Source: Candidatus Obscuribacteraceae bacterium
GTDB taxonomy: Bacteria > Cyanobacteriota > Vampirovibrionia > Obscuribacterales > Obscuribacteraceae
Assembly (NCBI GenBank): GCA_044226015.1
Contig: JBGAHS010000002.1
Coordinates: 819,435-883,434, forward strand
Length of the DNA: 64,000 nucleotides
Reading direction: 5' to 3'
Part shown: positions 29,705-39,372 of the stretch, one piece after another
How positions within the stretch are numbered: the first letter of the stretch is position 1
Layout: each line of letters opens with the position of its first letter
Notes under the pieces: model-generated
What the model was told of the DNA's origin: nothing
The model's input: the letters and a program-made list of their open reading frames with translations, nothing else
The model's database searches: none
Program-made: the position numbers and the translations under genes

Positions 29705-30307
29705 CTAAGGGCGCTCAATTATGAACGGATCGTCGGCAATAGAATAAAATTCCCCGCCCAATCTGGCTACTGGCTGCAGCTTTCCGACATCAATCTGCCC
29801 ATCGGTCAAAACTGAGTTATCAATGTGAATACAAACAATCTGCCCGAGAACGAGATTGCTTGTACCAATTTCCACAATCTTGAAAAGCTTGCATTCAAGA
29901 TTGATCGGTGACTCCTGAACGCGCGGAGCAGAAACATAGAGAGAGTCAGCACAAGTCAGACCAACAGCATCAAACTCGCTAATATCAGAACTGAAGTTAG
30001 CGCTAGTCTTGACCATCTGCTCGGCTAGTGGAGCACTGACAATATTAACAACAAACTCCTCAGTATCACGCACATTTTGTAACGTGTCTTTCGGCACCAC
30101 GTGCCCATCGGAGGCTCTTTTCAGTCCTGGTGAAAATCCTAAAACAGGAGGGTTCGCGCTGAACACATTGAAGAAGGAAAACGGTGCAAGGTTATTGACT
30201 CCGTTTTTGCCTCTGGTAGAAACCCAGGCAATCGGGCGAGGAACAACAGCGTTAACGAGCAATTCGTAAACCTGCTTCGGCGCAGTCTTTTCACAGTCGA
30301 TAAACAT
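29705..30307 (-). CDS. Flavin reductase-like protein (DIM6/NTAB family)
   Basis: VVPRPIAWVST, NLAPFSFFN, KDTLQNVRDTEEFVVNIV, PRVQESPINLEC, VARLGG..Y. Confidence 0.9.
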   Translation of the reverse strand: MFIDCEKTAPKQVYELLVNAVVPRPIAWVSTRGKNGVNNLAPFSFFNVFSANPPVLGFSPGLKRASDGHVVPKDTLQNVRDTEEFVVNIVSAPLAEQMVKTSANFSSDISEFDAVGLTCADSLYVSAPRVQESPINLECKLFKIVEIGTSNLVLGQIVCIHIDNSVLTDGQIDVGKLQPVARLGGEFYSIADDPFIIERP

Positions 30308-30400
30308 AAATTCTGATCCAACAACGAACTAAAGTTAGCATAAATCGAGCCAAAATTCAGCGGCATACGTTATCTTAATAGCCCTAATGCGAGGTGAGTG

Positions 30401-31042
30401 ATGGCTTCAATCGAGGAAATAAAATTCGATTGCTCAAAAATGGAGCAATCCCGTGATGAACAGTACGAAAAATACTGGCTAGATTACAACACAAAAACGG
30501 AGATTACCCTCCATTTCTTCGACAAAGAGCCAGACATCCCCTGCAAACTATCTGATATTGAGTCACTTAGAAACTCCTTTAGAGACGGCATAACGCAGTG
30601 CGGTGGCGGTCTAATTAGTTTGGACCCGATTCAACTTGATAGCGTCGATGGAATTGAATGCATCTTCAAAGTGCCTCAACAGCCCCATGGAATGACATAT
30701 ATTTGCGCGCTGACACTGCCTTTCTCTCGTTTCAGTTATGTTATAAAAGTGCTTGCCGCAGAGCTGGGCACCACAGGACTACGCGACAACATCGTGATCG
30801 GGGCGCTGCTTCAGGAAGGCAAGATTCAAATAGAAACAGACGGTCAAATACGTGGATGGGCGAGAGATCCCTACATGGAGCAGTGGCAGGCAGCCTGCCT
30901 GAGAAATGAATCTGACGACGAGAAATACGATGAGCAATTCCCAGACCACCCACTTTCAAGATTGCGCAAAATCATTGCGCACATAAAAAATACAATCAGC
31001 TTTCAAGCCAATGTGAAATCTGAACCCCGCTTTGCAAAATAG
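30401..31042 (+). CDS. Hypothetical protein
   Basis: GAGGTG RBS; 213 aa; GGGLIS, GTTGLRD and YDEQFPDHPLSRLR motifs; function unknown. Confidence 0.7.
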   Translation: MASIEEIKFDCSKMEQSRDEQYEKYWLDYNTKTEITLHFFDKEPDIPCKLSDIESLRNSFRDGITQCGGGLISLDPIQLDSVDGIECIFKVPQQPHGMTYICALTLPFSRFSYVIKVLAAELGTTGLRDNIVIGALLQEGKIQIETDGQIRGWARDPYMEQWQAACLRNESDDEKYDEQFPDHPLSRLRKIIAHIKNTISFQANVKSEPRFAK

Positions 31043-31050
31043 TCAGAACC

Positions 31051-31089
31051 TAACTGAGCACTTCAATCTACTAGCGAAGTGCTCAGTTA
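31051..31089. terminator. Perfect 14-bp inverted repeat between convergent genes (bidirectional terminator candidate)
   Basis: TAACTGAGCACTTC (31051-31064) / GAAGTGCTCAGTTA (31076-31089). Confidence 0.6.
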
Positions 31090-31105
31090 CGTACATCGGT
31101 TCGCA

Positions 31106-34100
31106 TTAACCAGAGCTGCGCGAAGAATCGGGCAATTCATCTTCCAGCAAAAGGGGGAGTTGAATCAAGAAAGCACGACTGTTTTCCCTAAGCTCAAATT
31201 CGATGCTTCCCCTCAACAATCCAAAGATTGTTTTGCAAAGTGCGAGAGTCAGTGAAGAACCTCGAAGATCACCTTCTGAAGAACCAGTAGCAAGAAATTG
31301 AAACTTGTCGAATAGGTGGGAAGCACTCGTCTGATCAAGCTGCGAACCAGCAAAGGGAACACGAATCGTGAGCAGCGAAGCGTTTTCTGAAATCACAATA
31401 GGTTCAGCCGTTTTGCCAGCAACCTGTTGACAAAAAAGCACTAAGCGGCCAAAGGCTTTTGTGCATAGGGCCGGGTCTGCGCTGACCGCCGGAGCAGCCT
31501 TTGTTTTGTTGAGTACTACAAATTCCACTTCGGGATTTGTTTCTTTCGCCGATGCTAAAGCAGTCTCCAATGCATGAGCAGGGTCTATATCTTGCAGTTC
31601 TAGCGGAAACTTTCCGGCTTCCAATCTTTCAAGATCAAGAAGGTCGTTCACAAGCAAAATTACCTGTAAGACATTATCGTAAGCACGTTCAACAGTACTG
31701 GCATTTTCGACACTAAGCCTGCCGTAAACACCTTGTTGCAGCATTGTTAGAAATCCAAAAACACTGGTTAGTGGTGTGCGCAGCTCGTGCGACACCACAG
31801 CTAACATGTGCTGTTTGAACTCTTGATTTTCCTCCAGTCGTTGCACCATACTTTTGAAATTCGCGTGGAACGACTGCAACTCATCGTGCCCGTGCAAGAG
31901 AGGCAAAAGCGGCTTACCATCCGTAAACCGAACCGTATCATCAATTAAAATCTTGACTCTCTTACTTATGCTGGTACTAAAAAACGCTCCTAACAAAACA
32001 CTCAGGGCAACACTTAGAACGACTGCCTCTGCAATTAACATCTGAATATCGTCACGAGATCTCTTTCTCAAAGCAGGGCTCTTATCTTCAATTTCCTTCT
32101 GCTTTTCCAGTACCTTTCCTATCGATTGCGCTACAGCATCTAAACTTGATTCGATAGATGCTACTCGCCTCTTAAAACTGGCAAGCTCTGCAACCGACAT
32201 GTTTCCGCCATTATTGAGCATCAATTTACCCGTATGTAATGCAACAAGCTCGGTTTTATGAAACATGCTGCTAACTCTAGATAAAGCACGACGATCATTA
32301 CGATTAAGGTCAAACATTTCAGAGCACTGATACAACATGGCAGCAACAGTTACAGAGTAAGAATAGAAGTCCTTTTCATCTCCTTCACGCAAAAAGACGC
32401 CCCCAGATGTGGTGCCGAGAGTCACACACTCCCTGAACAAACTATTCGCCGTTTCAGTAACTCGCATGGCGTGCAAAACACGATTAGTCTGTGTTTCAGC
32501 TCGCAAGAGCATAGTGCTCAACACGAAAACAAATAGAATCTGAAACAACAGAGGCACCGCAACAACAATAAGCCCTTTATGCCAAATCTTCAAATGCAAG
32601 ATACTCTCCAACTCAGGCTCTGCCGAACCGAGTACTGGTCCGATAGAACCCTCTTGCGGCAGCCTTGACGAGCCGCTGTCATCCAAAACAGAAATCTCAT
32701 TTCTCGAGACTGGCAGCGCAAACCAGAACTCACTTCCCTGACCGACTTCGCTGTCAACGCCAATATGCCCTCCGTGAGACTTGATGATAATCGCACAAAT
32801 ATTCAGCCCCAGACCAGCGCCACCATGAGCAGTGGCATCCTTCCGCTCAGTTTGTTCGTATCGTTCGAAGATCTTCGTTCTCAATTCAGAGGGGATGCCT
32901 GGACCCTCATCTTTCACGCGAAACTCGACCCTGTCGTCGAGTTTCTTGCAATTTATAAACAATCTGCTATTTGCCGGCGAGAATTTGATCGCGTTGGAGA
33001 GGAAATTGACGAGAACCTGCGTCAAGCGCCCCTTATCGCCAGCAAACTCAAAGGCTGTTTCGGTGTAGTCGATGGCTATTTTTTTCTTCTCGAGTAAAGA
33101 CTTTACTGCATCAATCGAGTTCTTTACGAGTTCGTCCGTATTCAGCTGCTGTACATTTAATTCAATAAAGCCCTTATCGACATTTTCGAGCTGCAACAAA
33201 TCATCGAGAAGAACAATCAATCGCTCAATATTTTTTGCGGCAGTTTTCAGCCATTCATTTCCATTCTTATTAAGCTCAGCTGTAGCCGCGGTCTGCAATT
33301 CTTTAACTGATTCAACTGTTTGAACCAATGGCTGCTGCAAGCGATCCTTCAACATCGAGGCTAACTGTTGCCGCTGCCGATCAGCAGCCTTCAGCTGTTC
33401 TGACAAGCGATGAATTACCAGATCTAACTGCTCAAGTTCATCACCCCCGCCCAAGAGCGGCAATGGCTCTAAACCTCGAGACACAAGCCTGGTGTTTTCT
33501 GCAAGCTTACTTAACTTGGATGAGATACTCCTGGTAAAGTTCAAAGCTAATACGACGGTGATAGCCAGGTTCGACAAAACACCTGCAAGCAATATCCATT
33601 TTAGATTTTCAGCCAGAAAAGAAGGGCGCCCTTCTGGATGAATAAACTCATCACTGCCAGCCACAGCCGAGAAAGTCCTTACGCTGTTGTTGATCTCTCT
33701 CAAATTCGCATCAACATCAATAAACAGACTCGTATTCGACATGTTGGACATCAAAACGCCGACGTCCTGCCCAGAGAACTGCTTGAACATCTGATACATT
33801 TTTCGAGACGAACGCTTCATCTCCTTATAGGTCAGACGCAAAACTGGGTCGTTCCCCACAAGCTGATCCAACTGCTCAAAGGTGCCCGTGATTGATTGCT
33901 CGCCATTGCTCAAACGCGTCTGGCGATCTGACTGAAAAACTATTGTGTAAAGCCCCATCGAGACTATTTGGCGCAACAGAATGGTGCTTTTTTCTACAAT
34001 TTCCTGACTGCGAAGCTGCCTGTCTGTCTGCGCCTCAGCCTGATTCAGCGCATTTACCAGAGTGTACACGAATGCAATCTCAAAAATGAGAGGCACCGTA

Positions 34101-34138
34101 ACCAGTATAATCCCTTTCCCAGCGATGCTTAGCTTCAC
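31106..34138 (-). CDS. Tandem (double-module) membrane sensor histidine kinase
   Basis: Two TM-periplasmic-TM-HAMP-HisKA-HATPase modules. Module 1 has NFLSNAIKF, DEGPGIP and GAGLGL but its H-box reads MLKDRLQQPL. Module 2 has VVSHELRTPL but no N/G1/G2 boxes. Confidence 0.9.
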   Translation of the reverse strand: MKLSIAGKGIILVTVPLIFEIAFVYTLVNALNQAEAQTDRQLRSQEIVEKSTILLRQIVSMGLYTIVFQSDRQTRLSNGEQSITGTFEQLDQLVGNDPVLRLTYKEMKRSSRKMYQMFKQFSGQDVGVLMSNMSNTSLFIDVDANLREINNSVRTFSAVAGSDEFIHPEGRPSFLAENLKWILLAGVLSNLAITVVLALNFTRSISSKLSKLAENTRLVSRGLEPLPLLGGGDELEQLDLVIHRLSEQLKAADRQRQQLASMLKDRLQQPLVQTVESVKELQTAATAELNKNGNEWLKTAAKNIERLIVLLDDLLQLENVDKGFIELNVQQLNTDELVKNSIDAVKSLLEKKKIAIDYTETAFEFAGDKGRLTQVLVNFLSNAIKFSPANSRLFINCKKLDDRVEFRVKDEGPGIPSELRTKIFERYEQTERKDATAHGGAGLGLNICAIIIKSHGGHIGVDSEVGQGSEFWFALPVSRNEISVLDDSGSSRLPQEGSIGPVLGSAEPELESILHLKIWHKGLIVVAVPLLFQILFVFVLSTMLLRAETQTNRVLHAMRVTETANSLFRECVTLGTTSGGVFLREGDEKDFYSYSVTVAAMLYQCSEMFDLNRNDRRALSRVSSMFHKTELVALHTGKLMLNNGGNMSVAELASFKRRVASIESSLDAVAQSIGKVLEKQKEIEDKSPALRKRSRDDIQMLIAEAVVLSVALSVLLGAFFSTSISKRVKILIDDTVRFTDGKPLLPLLHGHDELQSFHANFKSMVQRLEENQEFKQHMLAVVSHELRTPLTSVFGFLTMLQQGVYGRLSVENASTVERAYDNVLQVILLVNDLLDLERLEAGKFPLELQDIDPAHALETALASAKETNPEVEFVVLNKTKAAPAVSADPALCTKAFGRLVLFCQQVAGKTAEPIVISENASLLTIRVPFAGSQLDQTSASHLFDKFQFLATGSSEGDLRGSSLTLALCKTIFGLLRGSIEFELRENSRAFLIQLPLLLEDELPDSSRSSG

Positions 34139-34347
34139 AAAGCTACCCTCGCAATTGTTATCAGAAACCAGGCAAAATGGCTTGCTCAGTTGTTTTTACT
34201 ATATTCCCATAGATTTGACTTGACCTTACCTGAGGTCCCGAACTTGCTACCGACATTAATCATGAGGATCAGGGCATAAAACAATTAAGCAAATAGCCCG
34301 CATTTTGCTATGCTAGTTGCCCTCTGATCGGACAGGGGCGTTCACAA

Positions 34348-36483
34348 ATGAGTCAAGAGCCAAACATCAAAATTGACGAGAACCCTGGTACTGACTCGTT
34401 GGGCAGACAAGCGGTCATTAGCGCCAAGAGCCATGAAAGCACTCAAAAGACTGTCCTGGACGAGCTAGACGCCACACCCAGTAGCGCGCACTCAGGACAA
34501 AAAAATGCGCGTAATCCTGAACTTGAACTTGTGGGTAAGGTTCTCGCGAATAAATACGAAATCTTAGAACTGGTAGGCAAGGGCGGAATGAGCGTTGTCT
34601 ATAAGGCAAAGCATACCGGCATGGGCAAAATCTTCGCGGTCAAACTTCTTCATTTACACCTGGCTGATGATGAGATATCGCAAAAACGATTTAAGCAAGA
34701 AGCGCAGGCATCTTCCAACCTGAATCACCCGGGTATCGTTTCGGTACACGATTATGGCGAAGACTTTCACAACATGCCTTACTTGGTAATGGACTACATC
34801 GAAGGCCCATCACTGTCCGAAATATTGAAAGAATCTGGGAACCTGTCGCTCGAACGATTTTTGTCCATAATGCAACAAGTCACCTCAGCCCTCGCTCATG
34901 CCCACGCCAGCGGCATTGTGCATCGAGACCTGAAACCAAGCAATATCATGATTACCCGAGCCGAGGGAAAAGAGCAAGCAAAAATAGTCGATTTCGGAAT
35001 TGCAAAAGTACTGAGCCAATCAAATGAAGGTGCCCAGCAGCTAACACAAACAGGGGAAATTTTTGGCAGCCCACTCTACATGAGTCCAGAGCAATGTAGC
35101 GGCTCCATCATTGATCAACGCACGGATATTTACGCTCTCGGCTGCGTCATGTATGAGGCATTAAGCGGTAAGCTTCCGCATAAAGGCAACACCGTGATTG
35201 AGACAATGCATAAGCACGTCAACGAGCAGCCACCGCCGCTGGTTGCACCACAAATTCCAGATGCAGACAGACAGAAAATTGAATTAATGCTGCTAAAGTG
35301 TCTGGCAAAACTTCCGGAAGATCGTTTTCAAAACACAGTCGAAATTGAGTCGGAATTGCACCAGCTAAAGATGCGTTCAGGCACTGGCGTTCTCTCCAAG
35401 CTTGCTGGAGCATGGGACCTCGCTTCTGCAAAAAGACGGGCAGGAAAGAAAACAAAATTACCAATCGTATTGGGTGCCTTAGCAGCTTGTATGCTTTCTG
35501 TATTTATTTTGCTCTTTGGACTATATCAAGCGGATCAGAAATTACATGAGCTTGCCCGAATTCGCAAAATAGTTGACAGCATCGGAGCGACCGAGTCGGC
35601 GTTCTTAAACCTTGGCGAGGCAGTTAGAGAATACTTTGCTGCGATGATGTTTCATCCCGAGAGAGTTAACGCTGCACGAAAGTTCTACATTCGGCATTCG
35701 AAGCATGTGATAGAGAAAATCACGATTGTAGACAAACTCTTGAAGAAAGAAAAACTAATCACAAAAAACGATCGCTTACTCTGGAGAAAACAGTTAGAGC
35801 GCGTTCCAAGAGCAGTTGAACCGCTTAACACATTTAGCGATAGCGTCGCATCAGGTGACGAGTCTCAGTTCAGCCCTAATGCAGTCAACCTATTCAATGA
35901 GCTCTCACTGGTGAGCAGACAAAGTGCTGCAGTTATGCAAGAAATGACGCTTCGCGCTCACCAGCTTGAGAACAGAGCGCTGGAAGAATTTGCAAGAACC
36001 GAGCAAACCGTTGTTCTTTACTCATTTATCTGCATCGTCATCAATGGCACAGTTATGCTCGCCTTGAGCCTCAACTTCGTTAGAGGCAACCCTGACTTGA
36101 AGAAACTTGCAGACCAGGCAAGCAAACTCTCACGACGAAAATCGGCGGGTGCTGAAGGCGATATTGATGACGTAGAAGAATTGAATAATGTTCTGCAAGA
36201 ACTGGCGAATGCTTTGTCCGAGGCAGAGGAACGCGAGAAAGCGCTTCTTTCAAAAATAAAAGAACAAGACAAGCCTCTAGACCAGACTGGCTCTCTAAGC
36301 TCAAAACATACTGCGCAAAAGCTACAAGCTTTCGCCGAGAAAAGCAAAGCTGCGATGGAAGCAGGCAAATCAAATGCTACCGATGAATCACAGGCGACAA
36401 CTGAGACGGTAGCGGTTCTTCAGCTCGACAACGATGACGGAACCTTACCAGTACTCATGCCTCCTATCGACAAGAACAACTAA
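34348..36483 (+). CDS. Hanks-type Ser/Thr kinase fused to TM-helical sensor-TM-HAMP-like/coiled coil
   Basis: VGKGGMSVVY, FAVKLL, HRDLKPSN, DFG, YMSPEQ; TM1 LPIVLGALAACMLSVFILLFGL, TM2 VVLYSFICIVINGTVMLALSL. Confidence 0.9.
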   Translation: MSQEPNIKIDENPGTDSLGRQAVISAKSHESTQKTVLDELDATPSSAHSGQKNARNPELELVGKVLANKYEILELVGKGGMSVVYKAKHTGMGKIFAVKLLHLHLADDEISQKRFKQEAQASSNLNHPGIVSVHDYGEDFHNMPYLVMDYIEGPSLSEILKESGNLSLERFLSIMQQVTSALAHAHASGIVHRDLKPSNIMITRAEGKEQAKIVDFGIAKVLSQSNEGAQQLTQTGEIFGSPLYMSPEQCSGSIIDQRTDIYALGCVMYEALSGKLPHKGNTVIETMHKHVNEQPPPLVAPQIPDADRQKIELMLLKCLAKLPEDRFQNTVEIESELHQLKMRSGTGVLSKLAGAWDLASAKRRAGKKTKLPIVLGALAACMLSVFILLFGLYQADQKLHELARIRKIVDSIGATESAFLNLGEAVREYFAAMMFHPERVNAARKFYIRHSKHVIEKITIVDKLLKKEKLITKNDRLLWRKQLERVPRAVEPLNTFSDSVASGDESQFSPNAVNLFNELSLVSRQSAAVMQEMTLRAHQLENRALEEFARTEQTVVLYSFICIVINGTVMLALSLNFVRGNPDLKKLADQASKLSRRKSAGAEGDIDDVEELNNVLQELANALSEAEEREKALLSKIKEQDKPLDQTGSLSSKHTAQKLQAFAEKSKAAMEAGKSNATDESQATTETVAVLQLDNDDGTLPVLMPPIDKNN

Positions 36484-36710
36484 ATTTATTTGTCGACCAC
36501 TGTTAAACTCGAAATCTCGCATTGCGAATAATTGACAGGGAACAGTCACCTATACTGAATGATAAATGAGTCTTTTTGCATTACTTTGTCAGCACAATGC
36601 ACACATAATAAGGTCTGCGAAGAGCAATTGATCGGAAAAGTTGAAGGTCCGCTCGATATTCAAAATAGCTTGCTACAGTAGGCGAAGGCGAAATTCAACA
36701 GGAGTATGTA

Positions 36711-37148
36711 ATGAAGCGCACAGCATCTGCCGAATGGCAAAAAGGACTCAAAGACGGTAAAGGCACCATCACGACCCAGAGCGGCGTCCTGGACAAAACA
36801 CAATACAGTTTTGGAACCAGATTCGAAGAAGGCAAAGGCACCAACCCAGAAGAATTGATTGCAGCAGCACACTCTGGTTGTTTCTCGATGGCTCTTTCCA
36901 ATCAATTGGGAGAACTAGGTCTTACAGCTGATCGCATCAACACAACAGCAACAGTTAAGTTGGAAAAGCTGGAAACAGGTTTCACCATCACTGAAGTACA
37001 TCTCGATGTAACAGCTGCTATCCCAGGCGCTAGCGATGAGCAATTCAAGAAAGCAACCGAAGCAGCAAAAACAGGTTGCCCAATCTCGAAATTGTTCAAT
37101 GCAAAAATCACAATGGATGCTAAATTGGAAGCCGCTGTAAAAGCGTAG
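36711..37148 (+). CDS. osmC: OsmC family peroxiredoxin
   Basis: YSFGTRFEEGKGTNPEELIAAAHSGCFSMALS ... KTGCPISK; AGGAG RBS. Confidence 0.95.
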   Translation: MKRTASAEWQKGLKDGKGTITTQSGVLDKTQYSFGTRFEEGKGTNPEELIAAAHSGCFSMALSNQLGELGLTADRINTTATVKLEKLETGFTITEVHLDVTAAIPGASDEQFKKATEAAKTGCPISKLFNAKITMDAKLEAAVKA

Positions 37149-37178
37149 TTTCAATAACACACCAAAGTAATTGCAAAT

Positions 37179-37210
37179 AAAACGAGTCCCATCGCGGACT
37201 CGTTTTTTTT
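37179..37210 (+). terminator. Rho-independent terminator after osmC
   Basis: AAAACGAGTCC-CATCGC-GGACTCGTTTTTTTT. Confidence 0.85.
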
Positions 37211-37510
37211 CTCTCTTGCTCTTGCTGCTTCCTCTATGCAATCTGTTGAGAATCGATCTTGCACTTGGTCTCGAAGGATAATTCAAGTTTGAATGATTGC
37301 GAGCGCATATTATGTATGCGATGAACAATCGGAATCGTAATTGCGACGTAAAACAAAATACAATGTGAACATCGAAAAACCCGAAGAAGAGCGCCACGCG
37401 GAGATGCCAAGAAGAAAGTGGAATTCACTCTAAAAGGCAGCTAATTTGCAAGAGCAAGCGTCTAGAATTGACGTCATTGAGTTACCCGAGTTCATCTGGA
37501 GAACGCCAAA

Positions 37511-37987
37511 ATGACAGTTATCGCAAAAGAACAAATCAAACCAACCTGGAATACAGAAAAGTTGCACGAAATGTACTCACACATGACAGCAAACAACATG
37601 ATGGTTGCTATGAGTGTTCTAGGCAAATTCGGTCCTGAAGCAATGAATGAGTTCAAGACTGCTAGCCGCAAACCAATGGTCGAATACTACAAGCGCCTTG
37701 GCGTTAAGACCCCAATCGAAGTAATCAAAGCTAAAGCTGAACTCGAAGCTAACATCTTCGGCAGCATCATCGAAGTAGAAGGCGATGACAAAGAAGCTCA
37801 CCTCACCTACATCTCCTGCGGAATGTGGGAAGCAATGAAGAAGTGCGGCGGCAACGCTTGCGGCGAAACAGAAGCCAAAATGAAAGAAGGCTTCCAAAAT
37901 TGCGTAAGCGAATTCGCAAAAGAATTCGACCTGATCGGATCAGTCAAATTCGAAGGCGAAAAAGCAATCATCACAATGAAGAAGTAA
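37511..37987 (+). CDS. Hypothetical protein (possible V4R/NO-sensor-like alpha/beta fold with Cys)
   Basis: 158 aa, GGAGA RBS, own terminator; ISCGMW...CGGNACG...C. Confidence 0.7.
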   Translation: MTVIAKEQIKPTWNTEKLHEMYSHMTANNMMVAMSVLGKFGPEAMNEFKTASRKPMVEYYKRLGVKTPIEVIKAKAELEANIFGSIIEVEGDDKEAHLTYISCGMWEAMKKCGGNACGETEAKMKEGFQNCVSEFAKEFDLIGSVKFEGEKAIITMKK

Positions 37988-38004
37988 GATCATCAACTGA
38001 TCTT

Positions 38005-38034
38005 AAAAGCCCGGGCGCACGCTCGGGCTTTTTT
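38005..38034 (+). terminator. Rho-independent terminator
   Basis: AAAAGCCCGGGC-GCAC-GCTCGGGCTTTTTT. Confidence 0.85.
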
Positions 38035-38148
38035 CTTTAGGTACAAAAGCTAAGGATTACGGTAGGATCTTCCTCAGCAAACCGCAAAAAACTCATATCT
38101 CTGCAGATTTTGTCAGGCAGAACCCCGTTTTTGAAACTGGAAATGGAA

Positions 38149-38313
38149 ATGAAAAAACGAGTTGTTACAAAGGAAGACGGGCGAAAACTTATCTACTACA
38201 GCTTTCCCTGTTCCGAACAAAAAGAGAATTGCGACGGGCAAGACAGTCGTGTAGACGAAGAACGATCCCAAGCATCAGCAGCGAAATCAGAGAAGGGTAA
38301 AAAGAATGTCTGA
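38149..38313 (+). CDS. Small protein overlapping the galT start
   Basis: MKKRVVTKEDGRKLIYYSF...; its last codons overlap the galT ATG at 38306. Confidence 0.55.
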   Translation: MKKRVVTKEDGRKLIYYSFPCSEQKENCDGQDSRVDEERSQASAAKSEKGKKNV

Positions 38314-39283
38314 AATGCGCTGGAATCCCGTATTGGGGGAATGGGTGGTGACAGCGACTCACCGCCAGGACCGCACATTTCTGCCGCCAGCCGGCTATTG
38401 TCCGCTTTGCCCCACGGCCGAGGGAGGCTTTCCTACAGAAGTGCCAGAAACTGATTACGAGTTTGTTGTTTTCGAAAACAAATTTCCGAGCTTCAGCCCA
38501 CAAGCCGCCGCACCAGGTATAGTGGCGACTGATCTTTACCCGGTCAAGCCATCCGAGGGTGTGTGCGAAGTCGTTTTGTACAGCTCGCAACATCAGAGTT
38601 CTCTGGCAGAAATGCCGCTTTCAAAAATCGAGCAACTTGTTCGGGTTTGGAAAGATCGATATGAAGAGCTATCAAAACTGAACAACATCGAATACGTCTT
38701 GATTTTTGAAAACAAGGGAGAGGCAGTTGGCGTGACCATTCACCATCCCCATGGACAAATCTACGCCTTTCCATTCATTCCGCCCAAGCTTGAGCGCGAA
38801 ATTGAAAACGAAGAGAAGCATGCAAACGAACACGGACGTTGCCTTCATTGTGACGTGCTCAAAGAAGAGAAACAGAACGGTGAACGAATTGTCGCCGAAA
38901 ACTCAAAATTCATTGCTTTCATTCCATTTTACGCGCGATATCCCTATGAGGTTCACATCTATAGCCAGGCTCATGTCGAATCGATGGAGCAGTTTTCAGA
39001 GCAAGATTGCAATGAACTTGCGCAACTGCTGCAGATTGTCCTTAAGAAGTACGACAACCTGTGGGGTATTTCGTTTCCATACATGATGGTGATTCACCAG
39101 AAACCAACTGACGGAAAATCATATCGAGGCGCGCACTTTCACATCGAATTTTATCCTCCAATGCGCACGGAAAAGAAATTGAAGTACCTTGCTGGTTGTG
39201 AGTCGGGTGCAGGCACCTTTATCAACGATACGTTGCCGGAAGTTAAAGCAGCAGAGCTAAGAAAAATCGAACCTGTTAGCTAA
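38306..39283 (+). CDS. galT: Galactose-1-phosphate uridylyltransferase
   Basis: RWNPVLGEWV..ATHRQDRT, CPLCP, FENKFP, FENKGEAVGVTIHHPHGQ (HPH catalytic motif), KYLAG.ESG. Confidence 0.95.
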   Translation: MSEMRWNPVLGEWVVTATHRQDRTFLPPAGYCPLCPTAEGGFPTEVPETDYEFVVFENKFPSFSPQAAAPGIVATDLYPVKPSEGVCEVVLYSSQHQSSLAEMPLSKIEQLVRVWKDRYEELSKLNNIEYVLIFENKGEAVGVTIHHPHGQIYAFPFIPPKLEREIENEEKHANEHGRCLHCDVLKEEKQNGERIVAENSKFIAFIPFYARYPYEVHIYSQAHVESMEQFSEQDCNELAQLLQIVLKKYDNLWGISFPYMMVIHQKPTDGKSYRGAHFHIEFYPPMRTEKKLKYLAGCESGAGTFINDTLPEVKAAELRKIEPVS

Positions 39284-39372
39284 CTCGACTTGCTGGCGCT
39301 AGGAAGGCAAAATACATCACCAGGTAGATGCCATCCCTCTGATATCGTTGAAATTTGAAACCGAATTACGCG

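Noticed and set aside
36532..36556. Consensus sigma70 promoter TTGACA...TATACT upstream of osmC
   Set aside because: The spacer is only 13 bp, too short for these two hexamers to act together
36915..37428. Minus-strand ORFs 36915..37397 and 37234..37428
   Set aside because: Atypical composition; the longer one runs through the osmC terminator and gene; no motifs
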